Source: an uncultured Gammaproteobacteria bacterium (GTDB taxonomy: Bacteria; Patescibacteriota; Microgenomatia; UBA10105; UBA927). From it: 64,000 bases of DNA. The translations under genes and the position numbers were made by a program. Shown one piece after another: positions 1 to 9,664 of the stretch (the stretch's first letter is position 1; each line of letters opens with the position of its first letter). The stretch is taken from assembly GCA_964394685.1 (NCBI GenBank), contig CAYMYO010000001.1:64040-128039 (forward strand). The letters are read 5' to 3'. A model generated the notes under the pieces. The model made no database searches, was not told where the DNA came from, and worked only from the letters and a program-made list of their open reading frames with translations.

Positions 1-444
1 GCGTGGGTTTCCGGAGGAAGCGGAGCGTTTAGAAGAAGTATATGGAATCAACTTGGTGGTATGGATACTATCTACAACCCGTTTTATTGGGAAGATATTG
101 ATTTATCCTACCGCGCCAGAAAGGCCGGTTGGAAGATAATATTTGAATCAGAGAGCATGGTTGATCATTATCACGAAGAGGGGAAGATTAAACAGGAATT
201 TAGTCAGGTAGACGTGAAGAGAATTGTGTATAGAAATCAATTTATTTTTATCTGGAAGAATGTGACGGATACAAGAATTCTTTTGTCGCATGTATTCTGG
301 ACTCCAATTCGCCTCATGCAGGCTCTCTTAAGCAATAATATGGTAATGATACAAGGATTTCTATGGGCGTTAATGTATATTGGCTCTATTTTTCACAAGC
401 GGTGTAAACAGAAAATATTATATAAACGGACTGATAATGAATAA
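1..444 (+). CDS. GT2 family glycosyltransferase, 5'-partial
   Basis: Frame is open from base 1 (AWVSGGSGAFRRSIWNQLGGMD...YWEDIDLSYRA), a typical GT2 C-terminal motif. Confidence 0.85.
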   Translation, partial: AWVSGGSGAFRRSIWNQLGGMDTIYNPFYWEDIDLSYRARKAGWKIIFESESMVDHYHEEGKIKQEFSQVDVKRIVYRNQFIFIWKNVTDTRILLSHVFWTPIRLMQALLSNNMVMIQGFLWALMYIGSIFHKRCKQKILYKRTDNE

Positions 445-1909
445 AAAAACCTTTTTTATTATTCTTTTCTGTATTACGGCCTTGGGTTTTCTTCTTCGTT
501 TCTGGAACTATTCTGGTCGGTATGGACTTGCGTATGACCAGGCGCATGATGCAATTGTCGCTCGCGAAGCCGTAAGAGAAGGGAAAATACCACTTGTCGG
601 ACCTTTTTCTTCCGCCGGTCCATTTCAAACAGCAGGAACTTGGTATTGGCTTCTTATGGTGCCAACAGCTCTGTATCCGTATTCTGTGTTATCACCGTGG
701 ATATTTTTAACATTTTGCAGTGTGCTTTTTATTATTGGCATGGGGTTGTTTGGTAATTATCTTGAAGATAAATCGTTTGGATTAATTCTTGCAACTCTCA
801 CGGCTGTTTCAACGGCTCAAATAGATCAATCTATAAATTTAACGAATCAAACGCCGATTCCATTTTTTTCGTTTCTCACCATTGTATGCGCTGTTTTATA
901 TTTGAAACATAAAAAAATGTTCACTGCTTTTTTAATGGGATTTTTCGCAGCTTTTGCTGCATCTATTCATTTACAAGGAGTGTCATTGGGTATTATTGTT
1001 TTTATTGCACTGCTTTGTAGTGGGAAATCTGCTTTACAATCTATCATTGCTGCTTTTATAGGTGCTGTAATCCCAATGATCCCACTGTTTTTATGGGATA
1101 CATCTAATGATTTTGTTAACAGCAAAAATATGTTGTACTACTATCGATATGATCAGTTTAATATATCTCTTGATGTACTTGGACGCCGATGGCTTACCTA
1201 TATTAATGATTTTTGGCCTCGTGAATGGTCGCATATAGTGGGTGGTGTGCCAAATATTGCCATAGGAATTGCACTAATCGTTATTCTCTTTTTTCTCTAT
1301 TATGTATGGAAACGAAAATTACCTTTACATTGGATAGTAATATTTATTTCTTTCTTCTGCATGGTTGTTTTGGTTCGCTATACGCGAGTTCCCATTTTTG
1401 CGAGTTTCATAACTTTTATGCATCCATTTGTGATTCTGATTACTGGATGGGGAATATATAAATTAATACAGCACTATCGATATATTGGATACCTGTTTTT
1501 ATTATGTGTTGTTATTGGAAGTTTTTGGAAAACTTCAATTGTAGCGTTTACACCCAAAGTTAACTGGACCGAAAAAGCTGCAAAAGATATACGAAATATG
1601 TTGATAACAAAATATCCAAATGAGAAATTTGCTATTTATGATTATAAGTATAATGAAACACGCAGGTCAGTACCATATGTATTATTCTTAGACGAGGTAA
1701 ATTTACTTTCAGATACGGGAAGAAGAATCGGATTTATCCCCTCGAAAGCCCAGGAAATTCTACAAACAGATATTATTTCAACGGATGGCGGGCTTATTTC
1801 AGACCTTACATCGTCCTCAAGTGCAACACTCTTAACTGATGGTTGGGCTTTTGTAAATCCATCAAAAATATATTCATCTACAGAAGAATGGCGTTCAATA
1901 TCTAAATGA
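437..1909 (+). CDS. GT-C fold membrane glycosyltransferase (ArnT/PMT_2-like)
   Basis: Multi-TM; N-terminal TM-LLRF...YDQAHD acidic loop motif; ATG at 437 overlaps upstream stop. Confidence 0.75.
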   Translation: MNKKTFFIILFCITALGFLLRFWNYSGRYGLAYDQAHDAIVAREAVREGKIPLVGPFSSAGPFQTAGTWYWLLMVPTALYPYSVLSPWIFLTFCSVLFIIGMGLFGNYLEDKSFGLILATLTAVSTAQIDQSINLTNQTPIPFFSFLTIVCAVLYLKHKKMFTAFLMGFFAAFAASIHLQGVSLGIIVFIALLCSGKSALQSIIAAFIGAVIPMIPLFLWDTSNDFVNSKNMLYYYRYDQFNISLDVLGRRWLTYINDFWPREWSHIVGGVPNIAIGIALIVILFFLYYVWKRKLPLHWIVIFISFFCMVVLVRYTRVPIFASFITFMHPFVILITGWGIYKLIQHYRYIGYLFLLCVVIGSFWKTSIVAFTPKVNWTEKAAKDIRNMLITKYPNEKFAIYDYKYNETRRSVPYVLFLDEVNLLSDTGRRIGFIPSKAQEILQTDIISTDGGLISDLTSSSSATLLTDGWAFVNPSKIYSSTEEWRSISK

Positions 1910-3237
1910 GTATTCGACACAGTTTAATTATAATAATAGTTATTGCGTTTATTACTAGAATTATTGCATCCATATGGTCTTTTGGGTATCGGGATAATAC
2001 GGACGTACTGCGATACAAGGATTGGGCAAGAATTAGTTATGTATATGGATTAAGTGAAACATATCGGAAAGAACATATTACCTTCGGAACGCTCCCAAAT
2101 AATCAGCCGCCGGGACTTCTTTATATATTATCTACTTCTTATAGACTTCATATTCAATTATCAAAAGTATTACTTCGATTCATGCCTCATTCAGAAGAGG
2201 TGACAGGGTGGTTAAACGGTCCGGTAATGAGTTTTATGCTGCGTTTGCCTTCGATAGTGTCTGATTGTATTATCGGAATATTAATTTTTCTTTTTGTTAT
2301 GAGATATAACAAAAAACGAGGAGGATTTATTGCATCAGCGCTCTATTTATTTAATCCGGTTGTTATTTATAATAGCGCTGTTTGGGGTCAAGTTGATTCG
2401 ATTATTAATATGTTTTTTCTTCTTTCTCTTTGGATGTTATATAAAAAACACATGTTTATTAGCATGACCCTATTATGTTTTTCTATTCTGACAAAATTTT
2501 CTCTTTTATTTATAGTCCCTTTTTATTTTCTTCTTTGGTATAAAGAAGTGAAAAGCAGATGGGATTATCTGTATGCTGCAGGATTAGCTTGTGTGACCGG
2601 TATTCTATTTACTTTTCCAATTTCAACAAAACCTATTCATTGGCTGATAGGTTTTATACAGCAAAACGCTACAGGAGAAATGACGAATATTACGGCATTT
2701 GCAATGAATATATGGTGGGTTATATTCCGTCCATTCATTACAATAGGAAACCCGAATAATTTATTTTCATTTAGTGAAGTGCGTCTTATTAATTCACCTG
2801 AATCATCTTTACTGTGGTTTGGTATACCGCTTTTTGTATGGGCCGTCGCTCTATTTATCGCCTGTAGTATTCCGTTATATTTTGCTATCTACAAAAACAA
2901 AAAGAGCAACACGCAACATATATTTATAGCTCTCGCATGTTATTCGCTTTTAGCTTTTACATTTTTACCTCAAATGCATGAACGCTATATGTATCCAGCT
3001 TTTGTCTTACTTGCAATTTCTTTGGGATTTGCAGGAAATCTTGTTATTCCATACGTCATAGTAACCGTATTGAATATGATTAATGTGTATATTGTTTGGC
3101 ACCCAATGCCAGTGAGTTTTTTCCCATATCAAATCTGGACAGAAGTTTGGTTTCAATGGACAGTCAGTCTCTGCACTGTAATTGTTGCGTGTGTTGTATA
3201 TATTCAAACGCTCCGATTTTTATATGAAAAAAGATAA
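1906..3237 (+). CDS. GT-C membrane glycosyltransferase (mannosyltransferase-like)
   Basis: Motifs NQPPG, RLPSIVSD, FNP...SAVWGQVDS, MHERY; multi-TM. Confidence 0.75.
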   Translation: MSIRHSLIIIIVIAFITRIIASIWSFGYRDNTDVLRYKDWARISYVYGLSETYRKEHITFGTLPNNQPPGLLYILSTSYRLHIQLSKVLLRFMPHSEEVTGWLNGPVMSFMLRLPSIVSDCIIGILIFLFVMRYNKKRGGFIASALYLFNPVVIYNSAVWGQVDSIINMFFLLSLWMLYKKHMFISMTLLCFSILTKFSLLFIVPFYFLLWYKEVKSRWDYLYAAGLACVTGILFTFPISTKPIHWLIGFIQQNATGEMTNITAFAMNIWWVIFRPFITIGNPNNLFSFSEVRLINSPESSLLWFGIPLFVWAVALFIACSIPLYFAIYKNKKSNTQHIFIALACYSLLAFTFLPQMHERYMYPAFVLLAISLGFAGNLVIPYVIVTVLNMINVYIVWHPMPVSFFPYQIWTEVWFQWTVSLCTVIVACVVYIQTLRFLYEKR

Positions 3238-5530
3238 TCTCATTATTGTAATTATCGCTTGTGTTATCGGTATATCTATATTTTGGAAAAGTAATATATT
3301 AGGCCTTGTTCCGTTTCCCGGTGACTATCTCTTAAGCTGGTACGAACCGTGGAAAACATATTTTACTTCTAACGGTGTACCAATACTTATTCATAAAGCG
3401 ATACTTGATGATGTATTCCGGCAATTATACCAATACAAAATGATTGCAGCAGATGACATTCGTCATGGGTATTTACCGCTTTGGAATTCATATAACGGGT
3501 CGGGAATGCCTCTTATGGCAGTTATGCACGCGGGATTTCTTACTCCGCTTATGGTATTGTTCGTAACACTCCCTGGTTGGCTAGCATGGACAATATATAT
3601 TGCCATTCAACCCATATTGTTATCCATCGGAATACTTTGGTATGTAAGAAAAATTGGTCTCTCATGGATGCCATCGATAGTTGTAGCGATTATTTACGCT
3701 ACATCCGGTTTTGTTACCGTTCGCTATCTCTATGGAGAGTATCTTTATGTTGCAGCCTGTCTGCCGTTTTTATTAGGGATTATTGAAACGTATCGTGAGA
3801 ATAAGAAATCGAAAAGTATATGGAGTATCCCGCTTATCATCTTGTTTATGATGATTTCAGGTCAACCACAAATGATTTTGTATGTTCTTTTCATGTTCGT
3901 TCTTTACGCACTAATTCGATTAAAGGAGACAAAGAAAGCATATATAACAGTAGGTATTTTATGTTTGACGGGATTATTGTTGTCAGCAATTCAACTTGTT
4001 CCGACTATAGAGCTCTACAAACAAGCAAATATGAATCCCCAGGCTTCAACATCTATTATTGAAAAGTTCTTGCTTCCCATTTCTCAATTAATTTCAATTA
4101 TCATTCCCAACTATTTCGGCAACTCTGCCACCTATAACTATTGGGGGATTGGAGATTATGTTGAAACAGTGGCCAGTGTCGGCAGTGTGGCAATAGTATT
4201 ATTCGGTTTTAGTTTACTATCAGGTAAAAGAAATGAGATTCGGACTTTTTTTCTTACGATTGTCGGACTGACAGTGTTATTAGTAGTGCGTTCTCCCTTG
4301 ACAGAATGGCTGTATACACTTCCCATTCCGATTATTTCAACAGGAGTACCAACAAGAATATTTTTCTTAACGACGTTTTCAATCTGTATTCTTTCAGGTT
4401 TAGGTTTGGATTATTATCTGCGAAACGTGCATGTACGCAGGGAACGAATTTGGATGGGAGCAGTGTGTATCATAGTTTTGCTATCTGCTTTAATTGGCCG
4501 CTTTATTGTTGAAACAAAAGGGCAAATGACTGCGTTTCGAAATTCTTTATTCGAAATAGCGATCTTACTTGTCGCTATATTTGTATTATTATTTATTCGA
4601 AAAATTAAGTCATTAAAACGTATACAAGTTTTGATATATGTTGTAATTCTTTTGCAGTTTGCTGTGGGATTATATAACAGTAACAAATTCTTACCTTTCT
4701 CCTCTCGTAATACCATATTTCCATATTCACAAGTCATTGATAAGCTACGAACAATAGCTTCTTTTGATAGGGTGACGGGACTTGGTTCTGCGGTAGTTCA
4801 ACCAAATATTGCTACAGCACTTCATCTCTATGATCCGAATTATTATGATCCGTTATATATTAAAAGGTACGGTGAACTAGTGGCATACGCGAATTCAGGG
4901 AGCGTACCGGATATTCTTCCGAGAAGTGATGTGATGATAAATAGTGAAGTAACACCGAAACAGGAAGTAAATCAAAGAAGAGAGAGATTGTTTCAATTGC
5001 TAAGTGTTCGGTACCTATTGCTTCATGCTAAAGAAAATAATTTTACCATTCAGGAAAACTCTCAAGCGCTTCCTAGAGCATATATAGTAAAGAATTATGA
5101 AAATATTAGTAATACTAATCAATTATTAAATCGATTGTTCGACCCGCTATTCGATCCAACAAATTCTGTCATAGTAGAAAAGGATATTCCTTTCGCAAAG
5201 ACAATAAATACCCAGAGGAATGATAGCAGTAAAATCATTTCTTATCAGTCGAATCATGTCGAAATTCAGGTTTCTGCATCAACTCCCGCCATTCTTGTTC
5301 TTACAGACACCTATTATCGAGGATGGAAAGCATACGTAGATAATGTTGAAACTCCGATATATCGAGCGAACTATTCACTTCGAGCTATTATTATTCCCCA
5401 GGGGAATCATGTGGTTCAATTTATTTATAGACCGTTATCAGTTACGATCGGATTATATATTACTTTAGGGAGTGGAATACTGTATATTAGTATTTTGATA
5501 TATATGTTTCGCAAAAAACCTGCTCATTAA
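3224..5530 (+). CDS. YfhO-family membrane glycosyltransferase
   Basis: PLWNSYNGSGMPL, GQPQ, QLVPT and C-terminal DTYYRGWKAYVD...RANYSLRAI motifs. Confidence 0.8.
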   Translation: MKKDNLIIVIIACVIGISIFWKSNILGLVPFPGDYLLSWYEPWKTYFTSNGVPILIHKAILDDVFRQLYQYKMIAADDIRHGYLPLWNSYNGSGMPLMAVMHAGFLTPLMVLFVTLPGWLAWTIYIAIQPILLSIGILWYVRKIGLSWMPSIVVAIIYATSGFVTVRYLYGEYLYVAACLPFLLGIIETYRENKKSKSIWSIPLIILFMMISGQPQMILYVLFMFVLYALIRLKETKKAYITVGILCLTGLLLSAIQLVPTIELYKQANMNPQASTSIIEKFLLPISQLISIIIPNYFGNSATYNYWGIGDYVETVASVGSVAIVLFGFSLLSGKRNEIRTFFLTIVGLTVLLVVRSPLTEWLYTLPIPIISTGVPTRIFFLTTFSICILSGLGLDYYLRNVHVRRERIWMGAVCIIVLLSALIGRFIVETKGQMTAFRNSLFEIAILLVAIFVLLFIRKIKSLKRIQVLIYVVILLQFAVGLYNSNKFLPFSSRNTIFPYSQVIDKLRTIASFDRVTGLGSAVVQPNIATALHLYDPNYYDPLYIKRYGELVAYANSGSVPDILPRSDVMINSEVTPKQEVNQRRERLFQLLSVRYLLLHAKENNFTIQENSQALPRAYIVKNYENISNTNQLLNRLFDPLFDPTNSVIVEKDIPFAKTINTQRNDSSKIISYQSNHVEIQVSASTPAILVLTDTYYRGWKAYVDNVETPIYRANYSLRAIIIPQGNHVVQFIYRPLSVTIGLYITLGSGILYISILIYMFRKKPAH

Positions 5531-7208
5531 TTGTATCTATTGCCAACTGAGCAGTGGTAAGCTTATTTGGGTATTGTTTTAAATTATACTTCTGACAAAT
5601 AACATCATTTTTTATGTTGTAAACTTGCCCTCCGTCTTTGAGTCGGGAAATACTAAGATATAAATTCATATCTGACGGGGTGCATACGGCATCCATAATT
5701 ATTGTTTGATTATTATCGGCTTTATATATTAATTCGCATCCTCGGAAACTGACCCCATCCAAATCAAAGGAGGCATTGATATTTGATTGGGACAATGAGC
5801 GAATGGTCTTTTTTGAAAGACTATTGGTATAGAAAAGATATTTACTTAAATAATCACGGTTTGATGGAGAGTAGAGTGTGATTGGTATATCTTTTTGTTT
5901 GGCGAGGATTATATACCGTGAAAGTACGCGCATATGAAAGCTTCCGAATTCCTGCAGCGGGTGTTCATAAAAGTATATATATCCAAATTGAAACACACTG
6001 TATAAATACAGCATCGTAATTATTCCGCCGATAATATAAGACCATCGTTTTTTGAAACTAGAAATGGATTCCTTAATACCAATGCCGACAAATAGAATAA
6101 GAAACGGGAACATAAACGCAAGGTGTCCGGAGAAATCTCCTGATAATTTAAAAAATAACTGTGGAAATGTTCCAATAAGGACAAACAGACTCAAATAAAG
6201 AAAATAGATTTTTCTTTTTGCAAATAGAAATAGTCCTCCGAGAATAATACTTATGCAGTCGATCATATAGAAGAAACCATGAGTACGAATAGGGAAAAAT
6301 AGATCTCCTTCAATAAACAAATAAGGAAGAGAAAAAATTCGAATAAGTTTTTCTGCTAATAATTTTATATATATGGTGTATTTGTTAACAAGTTGGTTTG
6401 TAAATGGAAATACAAGGGAATCTTTTCTAATCTCATTTACTTGACTTACGACTTTGGGATCATTCGGAAGGAAAATGTCAGTCACCCGTAATCTCGTTGC
6501 AGAAGTTTTAATCAGAAATGCGTATATAGCAATAATGACAATGCATATACCCAAAAGAACAAAATACGCTTTTAAGGACTTTGGTTTGTTTTTAATATAT
6601 GCAAACGCTATAGCAATAAGTACAAATGGAAGCAGTATTATTTTTGTTCCTATGTATGAATAAAAGGCAAGAAGTAGAGGAATGACTGCCCATAATATTT
6701 TCCAACCTCGTTTTTTTAATATAACGACAAATGCAAGAAGGTAAAAAAACGTTGCCGGTGTTGATTCATACCCGGTACGTCCCATAACAACAAGCCAGGG
6801 GTTAATAGCAGCGACAAGACCGGTTGCAATTGCTATTGGCGTTCCGAAAAGATGTTGTGCTATGAAGTAAAGAATAATTACGATGCCGACTGAAAGAATT
6901 GCAAATGGTAGATGTGCCATAAATAGTGAAAAAGGGAAAATACCACTAAACGGAAGGTGGAGAAAATACGGCAGTTCTGCTTGTTGCTGATTCGGAGGAT
7001 ATCGGAAAATAAGAGCGTTGAATATGTTCCAGGTTCCTGTCATATCATGACCTGTGAGTGTAACTGATTTTGCAGTGAGCGGGTAGATAAGTTCATCGCC
7101 GCTGATTGCATTTGGAATACGATCAAGATACAAAAAACGAAATAACGCTGCCAAAACAATAATGATCGCCAGCGGTATAAATGTAAGAAGTTTTTTATTT
7201 TTTTTCAT
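5487..7208 (-). CDS. GT-C membrane glycosyltransferase (ArnT/PMT_2-like)
   Basis: LFRFLYLD..P....DE motif, AINPW...GR..YE; multi-TM. Confidence 0.75.
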   Translation of the reverse strand: MKKNKKLLTFIPLAIIIVLAALFRFLYLDRIPNAISGDELIYPLTAKSVTLTGHDMTGTWNIFNALIFRYPPNQQQAELPYFLHLPFSGIFPFSLFMAHLPFAILSVGIVIILYFIAQHLFGTPIAIATGLVAAINPWLVVMGRTGYESTPATFFYLLAFVVILKKRGWKILWAVIPLLLAFYSYIGTKIILLPFVLIAIAFAYIKNKPKSLKAYFVLLGICIVIIAIYAFLIKTSATRLRVTDIFLPNDPKVVSQVNEIRKDSLVFPFTNQLVNKYTIYIKLLAEKLIRIFSLPYLFIEGDLFFPIRTHGFFYMIDCISIILGGLFLFAKRKIYFLYLSLFVLIGTFPQLFFKLSGDFSGHLAFMFPFLILFVGIGIKESISSFKKRWSYIIGGIITMLYLYSVFQFGYIYFYEHPLQEFGSFHMRVLSRYIILAKQKDIPITLYSPSNRDYLSKYLFYTNSLSKKTIRSLSQSNINASFDLDGVSFRGCELIYKADNNQTIIMDAVCTPSDMNLYLSISRLKDGGQVYNIKNDVICQKYNLKQYPNKLTTAQLAIDTINEQVFCETYISKY

Positions 7209-9606
7209 ATCTATAAAGAATCAATAAACAAACAGCTCCGATTAAACTTATATATACCCCAATGTTAAACGATTTCGGGAAATAGGTGAATGTCACTGTA
7301 TGTTTCCCTTCGGGAACAACTATCGCGCGAAATGCCCAGTTGGCTTTATAAATATTCGTTGTATTCTCATCGACTGTTGCCTTCCATCCCTCATTATACG
7401 TATCGCTCATAAATAGCATCTGTTGTCCATCTGTATGTGTAGAAAAAGTAATTTCAGTTGGAGTATATGATTTCAGGGACACGGTATGATTTTCTCCAAA
7501 TAACTTTGGAAGACGTGCTATGTCATTATCATGAAGATAAACTGTGTTATTGGTATTAGTTATGTTATAAAATTGCCGTTCAAAATCGTTTGTGTCAATA
7601 TAACCCTTGACATCTGTTGTGAGGAAAAATCTCGGAGCAGCCTTCATGTTTTCGAATATCGTCCATGTATCTTTTTGCCATACCGGTTTGAACCTGTCTG
7701 TTGGAAAAGTGTTGTCGGACATTGGATTTTCGGAGCGATTTAAAATGTATTTCACTCCCAGAAGATCCATTATGCGAAGTCTATACGTATTTGACGGAAG
7801 ATCATCAGCTCCATAACCAGGAGCAAGTTGTGCGTCGGAGCGGGTTGTTCTATTAAATATGTTTGCGATATTTCCATCACGACTGCTTTGAATAAATTCG
7901 TTATACCATTTGAGATTTAACGGATCTGTTCCGTCTGGAGAATAGGTGCGTGTTTGCGTAGCAAAGTTTGCCTCAATTGCCGCAGTGCCATATCCCCAAT
8001 ACCGATATATTCCGGAATTCGTTTTCATAAATTGCATGATTGCATTTTCCGGAAATGCGAACGAAGACGGTACAAAAGGATTAAACTTAATAAACGAATA
8101 AAATAGTTCGATTACGGAAAGGGCGATAAGTGCATAGAGAGCAAGTGATGAATATTTTTTTGCAATAAGAAGCGCTATGATTGCACCAAGAATGACAGAG
8201 GAAAATATCATCGCCCGTTTCATTACAGCAAACGATTGAGCTGTATAGGTAAGTCCGGGAATTGAAGGATGAATAAGAGCAAAAAGCCAAAGTAAAACAA
8301 AGATACCAATAAGTAGTGATATAAACGGAATAATTGATTTTTTTTGATTTTTTAATGCATCTATTCCAAAACCCGCAAGGATAGATAACGCAAACAGAAG
8401 AATAAAAAGAATTCTAGTTGGTGTTCCTGTTGACATGATGGGCATTGGATATCGGTATAAAAGTTGTGTTATTGGGGTATTGACGGTAATCAAAAGAATA
8501 GCTACAGCTGTCCAAAGAAAGAATACTTTATGAAAAGATTTTTTTGGGTCAATGAGTGTTGCGATGACCAGGGAAAAACCAACCACTCCGATGGACAACG
8601 TTTTCCCGACATAATCTCCGGTAAAATTAGTTTTTGTTGCAGGATTTCCAAAAAAGTCCTGAATAACAAGAAGTGGTAATTGCCACCACTGAATAAGCAT
8701 GTTTGAAACAATTTGTTGGTAATCATGAGCCACACGTGCGGAATTTTTGAATAATTCTATTGTCGGGAGGAGTTGGGGAGCGGCAAGAAGAAAGGGAATA
8801 ACAATGATAAATGCTAATCCGCCAGCTGGCGGATAAATAATAAATTCTATTTTTTCTTTGTTTGTCCACGATCGGAGTATTAATAAACGAATAGTTATAT
8901 AAATAACTAAAAATAAGAAGCAGTTTAGAAAATCTTGTGGATGTCCCGCAGTAATTGCTGAGAAAAAAGCAAAAATAAATAGAATTTTTTGAGCGAGAGT
9001 AAGTAATCTTTGTTTAATTCCGCGTTCAATAATAAAAAGTAGGAGAGGAAGCCAAAGGATGGTATACAAAATAGTAATAAATTCCATCCAAATAGAAGCA
9101 AAACTGGAAAAATTAAATAGAATTGCTGATGCAACAGCTGCAGTTGCGCTCAGTCCAATTTCTGTAGCAAATAGATAAGTAAATACAGAGCCAAGAAGCG
9201 GTTGTAAAATAATAAGAATTGTCCAAGCGATAATTTGAGGGAATATGTAATAGAAAATTGTTAACGGATAAAATACTTGTGATTGATAATTAGCAAGTAG
9301 TGGACTACCGGAAAAATTATACGGGTTCCATAAAGGCATTTTTCCTTTCTTTATTTCTTGTATAACGAGTGTTTTCCAGGGGTATAATTCCCTAATGACG
9401 TCAAAATATTGATCTTTCGATGGAATAGCACCTGCCACATACCCGTTATATGATTGGTGTCGCCAGGGGCCGTATCCTGATAAAAGTAAATCCCCCGGAA
9501 AAGGGATAAGTCCCCGAAACAGTGTTTTATAGAAGAAAAGACAGACAACCAGAAGAATAATTGCTATAGGTATAACGCGTTTAGGCATCAAGAGTATTTT
9601 TTTCAT
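7195..9606 (-). CDS. YfhO-family membrane glycosyltransferase
   Basis: PFPGDLL, PLWNPYNFSGSPLLAN, AGHPQ, DTYNEGWKATVD; paralogue of 3224-5530. Confidence 0.8.
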   Translation of the reverse strand: MKKILLMPKRVIPIAIILLVVCLFFYKTLFRGLIPFPGDLLLSGYGPWRHQSYNGYVAGAIPSKDQYFDVIRELYPWKTLVIQEIKKGKMPLWNPYNFSGSPLLANYQSQVFYPLTIFYYIFPQIIAWTILIILQPLLGSVFTYLFATEIGLSATAAVASAILFNFSSFASIWMEFITILYTILWLPLLLFIIERGIKQRLLTLAQKILFIFAFFSAITAGHPQDFLNCFLFLVIYITIRLLILRSWTNKEKIEFIIYPPAGGLAFIIVIPFLLAAPQLLPTIELFKNSARVAHDYQQIVSNMLIQWWQLPLLVIQDFFGNPATKTNFTGDYVGKTLSIGVVGFSLVIATLIDPKKSFHKVFFLWTAVAILLITVNTPITQLLYRYPMPIMSTGTPTRILFILLFALSILAGFGIDALKNQKKSIIPFISLLIGIFVLLWLFALIHPSIPGLTYTAQSFAVMKRAMIFSSVILGAIIALLIAKKYSSLALYALIALSVIELFYSFIKFNPFVPSSFAFPENAIMQFMKTNSGIYRYWGYGTAAIEANFATQTRTYSPDGTDPLNLKWYNEFIQSSRDGNIANIFNRTTRSDAQLAPGYGADDLPSNTYRLRIMDLLGVKYILNRSENPMSDNTFPTDRFKPVWQKDTWTIFENMKAAPRFFLTTDVKGYIDTNDFERQFYNITNTNNTVYLHDNDIARLPKLFGENHTVSLKSYTPTEITFSTHTDGQQMLFMSDTYNEGWKATVDENTTNIYKANWAFRAIVVPEGKHTVTFTYFPKSFNIGVYISLIGAVCLLILYRYEKK
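8817..8834. repeat. Perfect 18-bp GC-rich palindrome inside a CDS
   Basis: ATCCGCCAG|CTGGCGGAT; translated YPPAGG on the - strand. Confidence 0.9.
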
Positions 9607-9621
9607 ACGGATGCTATTCGT

Positions 9622-9645
9622 ATTATATCAATATTCTGATATACT
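9622..9645. promoter_or_regulatory. Back-to-back divergent extended -10 promoters
   Basis: TGA-TATAAT on - strand (9630-9622) upstream of ATG 9606; TGA-TATACT on + strand (9637-9645) upstream of ATG 9665. Confidence 0.6.
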
Positions 9646-9664
9646 TTTGTTAAAGCAAAGTGAT

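Noticed and set aside
5487-9606. Invertible segment (two minus-strand GT genes)
   Set aside because: No flanking inverted repeats or recombinase seen; the divergent promoters and 44-bp convergent overlap look stable
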